DNA of 64,000 nt, taken from an uncultured delta proteobacterium. Lineage in GTDB: Bacteria; Myxococcota_A; Polyangia; Polyangiales; JAFGIB01. A program made the position numbers and the translations under genes. Numbering within the stretch: the stretch's first letter is position 1; the number at the start of each line of letters is the position of its first letter. Location of the stretch: assembly GCA_963778655.1 (NCBI GenBank), contig CAVZVA010000003.1:416001-480000 (forward strand). Reading direction: 5' to 3'. Of this stretch, positions 30,064 to 41,221 are shown one piece after another. The notes beneath the pieces are model-generated. The model worked only from the letters and a program-made list of their open reading frames with translations, was not told the DNA's origin and did no database searches.

Positions 30064-31629
30064 TCAGAGCAGACTTACCATGTGTTGCTTGATGTTCGTA
30101 CGCGTTTCCTCGTCGGGCGCGGCGGCGCTCGCGCGCTCCCAGGCGTCGAGCGCCTTGAGCCGGAACCCGGCGCGCTGATACACGATCGCGAGATTTTTGA
30201 TGGCGGCGAAGTGGCGCCCCTGCATCCGCACCGCCGCCTCCAGGGCGGCCATCGCCGCGAACAGATCGTCGCAACGGCCGTACAGCAGCCCCAGGTGGTA
30301 CTGCAGCTCGAACGCGTCGGGATCGAGCGCGGCGGCGCCCTCGAGCTGCACGATCGCGGTCTCGAGGTCGCCGCGCTCGAAGGCTTGCATCGCCTCGGTC
30401 CAGCGCGTCTCGGGCTCGCCGCTGAGTGGCGGCGGCTCGTCGGGCACGGGCTGCCCTTGCAGCAGCAGGCGCACGGTGCGCGCCAGCCGCGCCAGGTCGA
30501 AGGGCGGCTCGAAGAAGTGCTCGATCGCGAAGCCCTCGCGCAGGTCCTCACCCATCCGCCAGCCGCCGTCGCCCAAGGCAACGATCGGGAGCTCCGCAAA
30601 GCGCTGGCTGGCGCGCAGCCTGCGGCCGACGTCGAGCGCGTGCAGCGAGCGCAGAGATAGGTCGAGCACGAGCAAGGCCGGCGCCTCGTCGCGGATCAGC
30701 TCGAGCGCCGTGCGCCCGTCGCCAGCGCAGAAGGCGCTCACGCCGGCTTCCTCCAAGGCCTGCTCGAGGCGCGCGCGCAACCCCGAGTCGGGCACCGCGA
30801 GCAGCGCGCGCGTTCCGGGATCGAGCGCGGGCGCCTGCGGCGGGGTCGAAGGATGCATGCGATGCGCGAAGGCCTGGTCCATCGCCGGGGCCTCGGACGC
30901 CGCCGGCGGGGGCGGCTCCACGGGCGGCTCGGCCGCGACCACGGGTGGCGCCGCACCGGCGGGCGGCGCCGCACCGGCGGGCGGCGCCGCACCGGCGGGC
31001 GGCGCCGCGACCGCGGGTGGCGCCGCGACCGCGGGCGGCGCCGCGACCACGGCCGGCGCGGGCGCGTGCGGCGCGGGATAGGCAGACAGCGGCTCGGGGG
31101 CGCGCGGCAGGTTCGGCAGCCCGAGGTTGGCGAGCTGGCCCTCGCTGACGTGCGCGCCGACGTAGTACTCGTCGCCACGCTCGAGCGCCTCGTAGGCGTA
31201 CTTCACCACCCGGCGCACCACGCCGTCGAGCGCAACGCAGCGCTGGATCTTCTTGGCCGTGATGAACTCGATCTCGTCGATCAGGTCGTTCTCGTCGGGA
31301 GAGGACATCGCCAGCAGCAGCGTCTCGCCCTCCACGCGCAAGGGAAACACGCAGCGCTCGTGGGCGATCTCGGCCGGGATCAGGCGCAGCATGGCGAGCG
31401 CCACAATCTGCTCGGTGAGGTCGATGCCGGGCACGTCGTGCTGCTCGCTGAGCGCGCGCAGCGCGTCCTTCATGCTGAGGCGTCCGGCGCGCGTGGCCGC
31501 GGACGCGAGCCGCGAGCCCGGCTCGCGCTTCTGGTCCTCGAGCATCTCGTGCAGCTCGTCGATGCTGACCAGCTTCTGCTGCAGCAGGATCTTGCCGAGC
31601 TGCTTCTTCGACTCTGAGCCGCCACCCAT
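30064..31629 (-). CDS. MshEN-like plus receiver plus TPR signalling protein
   Basis: QLGKILLQQKLV; LLVLDLSL receiver; C-terminal TPRs. Confidence 0.75.
   Translation of the reverse strand: MGGGSESKKQLGKILLQQKLVSIDELHEMLEDQKREPGSRLASAATRAGRLSMKDALRALSEQHDVPGIDLTEQIVALAMLRLIPAEIAHERCVFPLRVEGETLLLAMSSPDENDLIDEIEFITAKKIQRCVALDGVVRRVVKYAYEALERGDEYYVGAHVSEGQLANLGLPNLPRAPEPLSAYPAPHAPAPAVVAAPPAVAAPPAVAAPPAGAAPPAGAAPPAGAAPPVVAAEPPVEPPPPAASEAPAMDQAFAHRMHPSTPPQAPALDPGTRALLAVPDSGLRARLEQALEEAGVSAFCAGDGRTALELIRDEAPALLVLDLSLRSLHALDVGRRLRASQRFAELPIVALGDGGWRMGEDLREGFAIEHFFEPPFDLARLARTVRLLLQGQPVPDEPPPLSGEPETRWTEAMQAFERGDLETAIVQLEGAAALDPDAFELQYHLGLLYGRCDDLFAAMAALEAAVRMQGRHFAAIKNLAIVYQRAGFRLKALDAWERASAAAPDEETRTNIKQHMVSLL
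30942..31049. repeat. In-frame 18-bp tandem repeat, 6 copies
   Basis: CGGGYGGCGCCGC(ACCGG/GACCR) units encoding AVAAPP/AGAAPP. Confidence 0.9.
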
Positions 31630-31906
31630 AGCTTCAACGATTTGGAGCCGCCATCCCTCGACTCATGTCTGACGCTCGCAGGTCACGGGCTGGTGTCGAT
31701 TCTGAGTGGCGCGATGGAATCGGTTCACGGGCGTTGCCAACCTCTCGGCGCTCCTCACGACGCCCCGTCCGGCAGCGTGCGGCTCCGTCGGAGCTCTCGC
31801 GGGCGGGAGGGTGTCGGCGCTCCCGTTGAACAGGTCTACCGAGGGTATCGCGGGCGGGCCCTGCGGTTCAACAAGCGGGAGCCGCCGGTTGCGCGCCCAC
31901 TGCGAC

Positions 31907-32383
31907 CTACATGCCCGAGACGATCTTGAGCTGCCCGTCTTCGCGCGCCAGCACGATACGGTGAGGCTCGAGGCGGCGCCGCCACTGCGGGCCGTCGGGA
32001 GTCGTGACCTTGAACCACCCGGTATAGAGCAGGTCCACCAGCATGTGGTTGTCGGGCAGGTAGGTCAGGCCGCGGTAGCTGATCTGGTATCGCGCCGCCA
32101 GCACCTCGTTGCGCAGGCGTTCGAGCCCGGCCTTGAGCGCATCATAGTCGACGTCGTCCTCGCCCGCCGGGGTCCCCATGTCGTCGTAGTAGAACTTGGA
32201 GGCCATCGCGAGCAGCTCCGCGCTGTCGCGGTCTTCGACCGCCTTGCGGTACCGCTCCACAAAATCTATGACTTCCCGATTTTGAGCGGTGTCCTCGACG
32301 CGGGTGTTGGGGATGTTCTGGGCCTCGCAGCCGCCCAGCAGCGCGAGGATCAACGCAACCCCGAGACAAGATCTAGCCATCAC
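31907..32383 (-). CDS. Lipoprotein, NTF2-like fold likely
   Basis: LGGC lipobox; IPNTRVEDT..FVERYRKAVE. Confidence 0.7.
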   Translation of the reverse strand: MMARSCLGVALILALLGGCEAQNIPNTRVEDTAQNREVIDFVERYRKAVEDRDSAELLAMASKFYYDDMGTPAGEDDVDYDALKAGLERLRNEVLAARYQISYRGLTYLPDNHMLVDLLYTGWFKVTTPDGPQWRRRLEPHRIVLAREDGQLKIVSGM

Positions 32384-33965
32384 TGTCAGCCCTCAAACGC
32401 CGCTCGGCTCGCAGTCTATTCCGGACGCCAGGCGCACCGCGCCTTTTTTGCCCGCGCCGCCGGCGCCGCGCCAGATGTAGCAGCGAAAGCGCCGGCCACC
32501 AGCCGGTCGCGGCCGCCGCCGGGGCGGCCGTGCAGCGGCAGGCCGAGGCCTGCGCGGTGCGCACGCGCAGCTCGGCCTGCAGCAGCGTGCGGGCGCCGTC
32601 CGGTGCGAGCACCAGCGCGGCGATGCGGTGCGCGCCCAGCGGGACGAAGGCCGCCTCGATCGCCGTCGGCCCGAAGCGAGTGCGGCGCTGGTCCAGACGC
32701 CAGGCCACGCGTGAGCCGGCTGGCGCGCCGCGCACGCGCAGCTGCGCGGGCTCGCCGCTGAGCGCCCCGCGCGCGGGCAGCGCCAGCCGGACCTGCGGCA
32801 GAGCGGCGGCCGGCGCCCCGGGTTGCAACAGCGCCGCACGCCCGGCCGCGACCCGGACCCGCGCGATGCGCGGCGGCGGCGGCGCGCCGGGCGCGATCGG
32901 GCCACCCGCAAACCAGGCCAGCTGCGCGTCCTGGGCCCGCACGCGGCGGCCGTCGGGCGCGAGCAGCAGCCCGAGCTCCGCGGCCCCACCCGGGTAGTCC
33001 GGGCTGGGCTGCACGCGCAGCTGCCCGCCCTCGCGCTGCAGCTGCAGCGCCGCGGGCGCGGGCCACGCGCGCGGCGGGCCGCCGAAGGGCTGAAACAAGC
33101 CCGCACCGAGCCCTGCGGCGGGTGCCGGCTGCACGCGCCCGCGGCGTTCGACCGCCTGCACGCTGGCCAGCTCGTCCTCGAACGCAGGCGCAGCCGGCGA
33201 GCAGCGCGCGGTCACCCACAGGCCGTCGCCAATGCGCAGCGCGGCGACCAGCGCGTGCGGATCGAGCACGGGTGCGGCGGCGAGCGCGGGCAGCGGCTCG
33301 CCCGCAGGCTCGGCCGCGCCGGCCTCGGCACCGGACGCTCGCGCTGGACCGCCCGGTGCGCGCACGAACATGTCGAAAGGCAGCGCGGCCACCGCCGCGG
33401 TTGCCGGCGGCGCGTCCTGCGCGATCCAGGCCATTCGCGGCGACGCGCCCTGCGCCAGCACCCGCAGCGCCAGCACGGCACGCCCCTGCCCCCCGGGCGC
33501 CCACAGCGCGAAGTCGTAGCTGCCCGGCGCCACCCAGGCCGGAATCGGCACTGTCGCGCGGTAGATCAAGGACGAGGCGCCGTCCGGCCGCACGTCGACG
33601 ACCTCGAGCGGGTGGCGTTCGCCCGGCGGCTCGCCGCCAGCCGAGCCGGCGGCCGGCGCGGCGGACAGCGGCCAGGCATGGCCAAGCAGCTCCGCGCGCC
33701 AGCCGGTCAGCGCGCGCGCCTGCTGGATCCCGGGCGGCGGCGTGAGCGCGACCGGCAAGCGCACGCGTGCCACCAGGCTGTCGCCGGCGTGGAGCAGCGC
33801 GGGCAGGCCTGCGCGCGGATAGAGCAGCGCGAAGCGCGGCAGGCTGGGCGACTCGGCCGCGCCGCAGTCCGGCAGCGAGGCCAGCCAATCCTCGGCCCGG
33901 GCACGCGCCGCGAGCAGCCCGGCGCCCAGCACGGTTGCGATCAGCGCCGCGCGCAAGCGGAGCAA
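32373..33965 (-). CDS. Hypothetical secreted protein
   Basis: Signal-peptide-like start; CRC..hydrophobic..RRRR sorting-like tail. Confidence 0.55.
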   Translation of the reverse strand: MLRLRAALIATVLGAGLLAARARAEDWLASLPDCGAAESPSLPRFALLYPRAGLPALLHAGDSLVARVRLPVALTPPPGIQQARALTGWRAELLGHAWPLSAAPAAGSAGGEPPGERHPLEVVDVRPDGASSLIYRATVPIPAWVAPGSYDFALWAPGGQGRAVLALRVLAQGASPRMAWIAQDAPPATAAVAALPFDMFVRAPGGPARASGAEAGAAEPAGEPLPALAAAPVLDPHALVAALRIGDGLWVTARCSPAAPAFEDELASVQAVERRGRVQPAPAAGLGAGLFQPFGGPPRAWPAPAALQLQREGGQLRVQPSPDYPGGAAELGLLLAPDGRRVRAQDAQLAWFAGGPIAPGAPPPPRIARVRVAAGRAALLQPGAPAAALPQVRLALPARGALSGEPAQLRVRGAPAGSRVAWRLDQRRTRFGPTAIEAAFVPLGAHRIAALVLAPDGARTLLQAELRVRTAQASACRCTAAPAAAATGWWPALSLLHLARRRRRGQKRRGAPGVRNRLRAERRLRADSDG

Positions 33966-33995
33966 CCTGTCGCGTGGGTTGGGGACACGGCCTGG

Positions 33996-35354
<1,359 letters not shown>

Positions 35355-35699
35355 GGGGCCTGACTGCGGGCCTGCCGCCCACTCCGCAACAATTGTCGAC
35401 CCCCTGGATACTTCTTGCAAGCCCCGTCACAGCTTGCCTGGACCTCTCAATCGAGTTGGCGGTAGTGACAATGGAGTTGGCAACTGGACGCCAGTCCCGC
35501 GCCCAGAGTGCAATGATTTCGAAGCGCCTTGGTCTGGTGCGGATGTTGCACAGAATTGCTCGGCTTGGACCCCTGGTTGGGCAGAACCCCAGGGAAATGC
35601 TTGGATTTCCGGACTGGGCGAGATTGATCTCGAGAGCCCCAGTGGACTAAGGTAGGCGCCGGACGGGCCGGCTCGCAGCCGGCGGGTGATGGAGGATCG

Positions 35700-37733
35700 A
35701 TGATTTCGCGAGGACGCAGCCTGGTTGCCGTGATGTTCGTGCTGCTGCTGGCGGGCATGCTGCTGCTCAGCGGCTGTCTGGCCCGCAAGCTCAAGCCCCT
35801 CAACCCCTGCCTTGTTTCCGGCGTGGTCGCGGAGATCGCGGTCACCAACATCGACAAGGTCGACATGCTGTTCATGGTCGACGACTCGGACTCGATGGGT
35901 GACAAGCAGGCCGCGCTGCGCGCGCAGTTCCCGCACCTGATCCAGGTGATGACCACGGGCATGAAGTCCGACGGAACGATGTTCCCGCCCGCCAAGGATC
36001 TGCACTTGGGCGTGGTCACCAGCGACATGGGTCTGCCCGGTGTCGATGGCATCCAGAACTGCGTAGGCCTGGGCAAGGACGGCATCCTGCAGAACAAGCC
36101 GAGCGCCGCGGTGCAGGGCTGTCAGACCTCCTATCCACCCTTCCTGTCCTTCATGGCCGGGTCGAGCGACCCCACGCAGACCGCCACCGACTTCGCCTGC
36201 GTGGCCGTGGTCGGCACCGGAGGCTGCGGCTACGAGCACCAGCTCGAGGCGCCTCTCAAGGCGTTGTGGCCCTCGGTCGACCCGATGCCCAATCCGGACG
36301 GCAGCAACCGCATCACCTTCCTGGCGGACCCGGTGACCGGCCAGGGCCTGCTCGGCCACGGCGACGTGGAGAACGCGGGCTTCCTGCGCAACGATCCGAC
36401 GCAGGGCCTGTCGCTGATCGCCATCATCGTGCTCACCGACGAGGACGACTGCTCGGCGTCCGACACCCATCCGTTCACGCCGGCGCCGTATCTCGACCCG
36501 AACGACCCGCTGGTGATGGAGGGCCCGAACCTGCGCTGCTATTACAACAAGCAGGCGCTGTACCCGGTCGAGCGCTACGTCAACGGCTTCAAGGCCTTGC
36601 GTCCGGGCAACGAAAACCTAGTCATCTACGCCGCGATCACCGGCGTGCCGGTCGACCTGGTGAAACCCGAGGTGATCTCCAAGATCGACTTCAGCGATCA
36701 GACGCAGCGCGACAGCTTCTACGCCGGGATTCTGGCCGACCCCAGCATGCAGGAGGTCGTCAACACGCAGGGCACGCCCAATCCCGACGACGACACCCTG
36801 CAACACTCGTGCGTGAGCGACGTGGGCAAGGCCGACCCGCCGATCCGCGTCGTGCAGGTCGCACAGAAGTTCGGCGAAAACGCCATCGTGCAGTCAATCT
36901 GCCAGAGCGACTACGGTCCGGCGCTCGACACCATCATCGCGATCATCGCCAAGCAGCTTGGCGCCGTGTGTCTGCCGCGCCCGCTGGTGCGCAACTCCAA
37001 CGGCCTGGTGGGCTGCAACGTGGTGTGGGAGCTTCCGCCGCCAGGGGCGGCCCCTATCTCGACGCCGACCATGTGCCACCAGCAAGGTTTCGAGTTCCTG
37101 CTCGACCCCAATCAGGGCGGCGCGACCACCACCCCCAACGGCGGCGCGATCTGCCGTGTGGCGCAGCTCGCGGTCAAGACCGATCCGACGACGATGGCCA
37201 AGCAAGCCATACCCACCGATACGGACGGTACGATGTACAGCGAGGGCTGGTTCTACGACGACTTCTCGGACCAAGTGCAGACCAGCTGCACGGGCATGTC
37301 CAAGCAGCGCGTGGCCTTCACCAACATGGCCAAGCCGCCAACCGGCGTCACGGTCAAGCTGGAGTGCTTGAACGAGACCCAGAGCCTGGCCAACAGCCGT
37401 ACCGACCTGGCGCCAAACATCGAGCAGCCGACCATCGGCTCGCCCTGCGGCGACACCGCCAAGCTCAACGGCCAACCGGTGATGGGTGACATGGCCTGCC
37501 AGGTGCGGCTGGCCGCGCCGAGCTCGAAGTGGAAGGACGGCATCGACCACTCGATGTTCTGCCACCCCAAGCTCAACACCTGCGTGCTGCAGTGCAGCAC
37601 CGACTCCGACTGCCCGCCGGCCTGGGTGTGCGACTCGCGGCCGGAGACGCTGGCCGCGACCAAGCGTGACGGGCACGAGAACGGGTCCGCGATCTGCGTC
37701 AACCCGACCTGCGGCGACAGCAGCGGCAACTAG
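35700..37733 (+). CDS. Cys-rich VWA-domain lipoprotein (CglB-like)
   Basis: LSGC lipobox; VDMLFMVDDSDSM (MIDAS DxSxS); VLTDEDDCS. Confidence 0.75.
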   Translation: MISRGRSLVAVMFVLLLAGMLLLSGCLARKLKPLNPCLVSGVVAEIAVTNIDKVDMLFMVDDSDSMGDKQAALRAQFPHLIQVMTTGMKSDGTMFPPAKDLHLGVVTSDMGLPGVDGIQNCVGLGKDGILQNKPSAAVQGCQTSYPPFLSFMAGSSDPTQTATDFACVAVVGTGGCGYEHQLEAPLKALWPSVDPMPNPDGSNRITFLADPVTGQGLLGHGDVENAGFLRNDPTQGLSLIAIIVLTDEDDCSASDTHPFTPAPYLDPNDPLVMEGPNLRCYYNKQALYPVERYVNGFKALRPGNENLVIYAAITGVPVDLVKPEVISKIDFSDQTQRDSFYAGILADPSMQEVVNTQGTPNPDDDTLQHSCVSDVGKADPPIRVVQVAQKFGENAIVQSICQSDYGPALDTIIAIIAKQLGAVCLPRPLVRNSNGLVGCNVVWELPPPGAAPISTPTMCHQQGFEFLLDPNQGGATTTPNGGAICRVAQLAVKTDPTTMAKQAIPTDTDGTMYSEGWFYDDFSDQVQTSCTGMSKQRVAFTNMAKPPTGVTVKLECLNETQSLANSRTDLAPNIEQPTIGSPCGDTAKLNGQPVMGDMACQVRLAAPSSKWKDGIDHSMFCHPKLNTCVLQCSTDSDCPPAWVCDSRPETLAATKRDGHENGSAICVNPTCGDSSGN

Positions 37734-37764
37734 CCCGAGCTGCCCCTTGTGGCGGCGTAATCCC

Positions 37765-37803
37765 CGAAGAGCCGGCCCGGAAACGGGCTGGCTCTTCGCA
37801 TTT
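37765..37803 (+). terminator. Stem-loop terminator
   Basis: CGAAGAGCCGGCCCG-GAAA-CGGGCTGGCTCTTCG then CATTT. Confidence 0.7.
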
Positions 37804-37859
37804 CGGCTCTTCATTTCGGCCAAGGGCCCGCGAGCGGACACACGCGGCACAGGAAGGGC

Positions 37860-39308
37860 ATGGCTGCGCTGCGCGACAATCTGCTGAGCCTGACGCGCGC
37901 CGCCTTGGAGCTGGGCAGCCGGCCGTTCGTGCTGCTCGCGCTGGTGCACCTGAGCGTGCTCGGGCTGCAGCTGCCGCTGCTGGCTGCGCTGCCGGGATGG
38001 ATGTTCGTCCCCCAGTCCAAACAGCTGGGGCCGCCGCTGCTGGTGCTCGCGCTTGCCTGCGTGCCAGCGCTGGGCTGGTTGCTGCTCGAGCGCGTGCGCG
38101 GGCGGCCCTGGCTGGTGCTGTGCGCGCTGGTGCTGCTGGGCTACGGCTCGCAGCAGGGTTTCGCCTGGAGCGAAGGTCGCGGCATCGACGGCATGCGCGA
38201 CCGCATCGTGCACACCGGGCACGCGGAGTTCGCGCTCGAGGCGGTGCAGCAGTCCAGCATGTGGTCGGTGGCCACGAACTACGAGGCGAAGCTCGCCGAT
38301 CGAGAGCTCGGCCCCTACGCGCACACCAAGCCGCCCGGTCAGCTGCTCTTCTACATGGCGACCGAGCGGCTGGCGCGCGGGCTGGCGCACGCGCCCACGC
38401 CCCAGGCGCGGCTCGAGGCGCTGCGCGACCTGGCGGCCGTGCTGTGGCCGCTGCTGTCGTACGCGGTGCTCGTGCCGCTGTTTCTCGCGCTGCGGCTGCT
38501 GGTCGACGAGACGACCGCGCTGTGCGCGTGCCTGCTCTACCTGGTGGTGCCGTCGGTCACGTTGATGACGTTGAACACCGATGAGGTGCTGATCCCCTTG
38601 CTCTTCATGCTGCCGGTCTTCATGAGCGCGCGCGCGCAGCGGACGCGCAGCGCGTGGTGGGCGGTGTGCGCGGGAGCTTGGCTGTATCTGGGCGCGTTCG
38701 TGACCTTCCCCGTGCTGCTCGCGGCGCCGGTCGCAGCCGGCTTCGCCGCCGCGGTCGCGCTACAGCCCGGGGTCGCCGCGACCAGCCCGGGGCGCGCGCT
38801 CGTGCGCACGGGGCTCTGGGCGGCCGCGGGCTTCTGCGGGCTGTTCGCGCTGTTCGCGCTGGGGCTGCACTACCACTTTGCGACGCGCCTGCGCGGCGCC
38901 CTGGTGTTTCACGCGCGCTGGAAGGCGTGGCACGGCGGCGCGGCCGAGACCGTGTACTTCGCCTGGCTCAACGGTCTCGAATTCGCGGTCTGGGCGGGCG
39001 TGCCGCTCAGCGTATTCGCGCTCGCCGGAGTGCGGCGCTCGCTGCTACGGGCGTTGCGCGGCGACCGCTCCGGGCTGGTGCTGCCGGCGCTGGTCGCGAC
39101 CGCCGTGTTGTTGGCGCTCGCGTTCCTCGGTCACACCAAGGCCGAGACCGGGCGGCTGTGGCTGTTCTTGGTGCCCCTGGGCTGCGCACTGTGCGCCGTG
39201 GAGCTGCGCGCGGGCTCAAGGCGGCGCCCGCGCGCGACCCTCGCGCTGGTGCTGGCGCTGCAGTGGCTGACCGTGCTGCTCACCAAAGCGGGCCAGGACT
39301 TCTGGTGA
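37860..39308 (+). CDS. Polytopic membrane protein, GT-C glycosyltransferase-like
   Basis: Many TM helices; HTKPPG, ETGRLWLFL. Confidence 0.6.
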   Translation: MAALRDNLLSLTRAALELGSRPFVLLALVHLSVLGLQLPLLAALPGWMFVPQSKQLGPPLLVLALACVPALGWLLLERVRGRPWLVLCALVLLGYGSQQGFAWSEGRGIDGMRDRIVHTGHAEFALEAVQQSSMWSVATNYEAKLADRELGPYAHTKPPGQLLFYMATERLARGLAHAPTPQARLEALRDLAAVLWPLLSYAVLVPLFLALRLLVDETTALCACLLYLVVPSVTLMTLNTDEVLIPLLFMLPVFMSARAQRTRSAWWAVCAGAWLYLGAFVTFPVLLAAPVAAGFAAAVALQPGVAATSPGRALVRTGLWAAAGFCGLFALFALGLHYHFATRLRGALVFHARWKAWHGGAAETVYFAWLNGLEFAVWAGVPLSVFALAGVRRSLLRALRGDRSGLVLPALVATAVLLALAFLGHTKAETGRLWLFLVPLGCALCAVELRAGSRRRPRATLALVLALQWLTVLLTKAGQDFW

Positions 39309-39487
39309 GCCGGCCGCCAGCGGAAAGCGCGCAGCGGTGCTGAACGCACGAGCGGGGCCGCCGCCACATCGGGCCCTTGGCCGGCCGCAGGCCCCATGGG
39401 GCGGGCGCGCCGGCACGCGCCCGCCGGCACGCAGCGCTTTTGCACGATCTGCAAAGATCCCGCAGCATGCTTCGCGCTTTAAGGTAA

Positions 39488-41221
39488 ATGAAGGGTCCCG
39501 ACGCACCCCCGTCCGTGGCAGATCGCATGGCGAACCCGAAATCCCCCAGGGCGACCGGCAGCTCGGTCCTGCCCAGCCTCGAGCAGCCGCTGGGCGTCCC
39601 GGCGCCGGTGGACAAGGCCTCCGCGCCCCCGGCCGGGCCCTACGACGAGGCGTTGGCCGCGGGCGAGGAGCTGCGGCGCCGGCCCTACGTGGCGGCGGGC
39701 CCGGTCCAGATCATCCGCCAGCACGCCAAGAACCGGATGACGGTCTGGGAGCGCATCGAGTTGCTCAAGGACCCCGGCAGCGAGCCCAGCGTGCTCTACC
39801 AGAACTGGGGCCCGAACCTCGACGGTGCGTCGATCGTGACCGCGGTGATCAAGATCGGCGGCCGGGACGTGGCCCTGTACGGCCACGACTTCACGCTGCG
39901 CGCCGGCTCGATGGACGCGACCAACGGCAAGAAGCTCGCGAACCTGATCTATCTGGCGAGCGAGCGCGGCATCCCGTGCATCGGCATGAACGACAGCGCC
40001 GGCGCCTACGTGCCGGCCGGAATCGGCGGGCTCGATGGCTACGCGGAGGCGTTCACCGCGCTGCGCAAGATCAGCGGCGTGGTGCCGAGCATCATGTGCA
40101 TGTTCGGCTTCAACGCCGGCGGCGGCGCGTATCTGCCGCGTCAGGGCAGCTTCATGATCCAGCCGGAAGACAGCTTCTTCGGCCTCACCGGACCGGGCGT
40201 GATCAAGAACGTGCTGGGCGAGGATGTGACCGCCGACGAGCTCGGCGGCCCGGGCGTGCACGGCGCCAGCGGCGTCGCGGACTTGACCGTCGCCGACGAG
40301 GTGGCCGCGCTGCGCACGACCCAGCGCCTGCTGTCGTACCTACCGGACTCCAATCGCGTCGCGCCCCGCTACGAGCCCACCAGCGACCCGGTCAGCCGTC
40401 CGACCAAGGAGATCGACACGCTGCTGCGCAAGGCGTTCAACTCGCCTGCGGGGTTCAACACGCCGCTGGACGTGACGATTCTGATCGAGCGCGTGTGCGA
40501 CCACGGCGACTACTTCGAGCTCCAGCCCGAGCGCGCGCGCAACGCGATCACCGCGTTCGGACGGCTGGGCGGGCACGTGGTCGGCTTCGTCGCCAACAAC
40601 AGCGCGGTGGCCAGCGGGCAGATCGACGTCGACGCCGCGTACAAGATCGCCCGCTTCGTGCGTTTCTGCTAGATCTACAACACGCCGGTGATCTTCATGG
40701 AGGACACGACCGGCTTCCTGCCCGGCAAGGACCAGGAGACGCGGGGCATCGTGCAGGCCGGCCGCGCGATGCTCGATGCCATCATCGACGTGCGCACGCC
40801 GCGCATCCTGCTGATCCTGCGCAACGCCTTCGGCGGGGCGTACGCGGCCTTCAACAACTATGCCACCGGCGCCGACATCGTGCTCGCGCTGCCGACCGCC
40901 CGCGTGGCGGTGATGGGCACCGCGGGCAAGGAGTTCGTGTACAAGACCGAGCTGCGGCAGCTCCGCGAGGAAGCCGCGACGAAGCGCAAGAGCGGCTCGG
41001 ACGCCGCGGAAATCGCCGAGTGGATCAAGGCGCAGGAAGCGCTGCTCAGCCAGCGCTACGAGCGCGAGTTGATGAACAACCGGGAGGCGCTCTCGCTCGG
41101 CTCGATCTCCGAAATCGTGATGCCGAGCGAGCTGCGGCGCGTGCTCGGCCAGCACCTCGCCTTCCTGCTGCAGAACTACCAGGTGGGCCCGATGGGCGGT
41201 ACGCAACGAGAATTCCACTGA
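39488..41221 (+). pseudogene. Acyl-CoA carboxylase carboxyltransferase subunit with one in-frame TAG (possible sequence error)
   Basis: [27 protein letters not shown] at 40670-40672; same frame continues TGFLPG..AFGGAY. Confidence 0.8.

Noticed and set aside
35400..35560. Sigma-54 promoter upstream of the VWA lipoprotein
   Set aside because: CTGGATACTTCTTGCA has GG-N9-GC spacing and TTGCACAGAATTGCT lacks the GG; neither fits GG-N10-GC.
40670..40672. In-frame TAG as pyrrolysine or programmed readthrough
   Set aside because: No pyl genes in the window, other genes use TAG as a normal stop, and the adjacent gene is full of indels; error or nonsense mutation is simpler.
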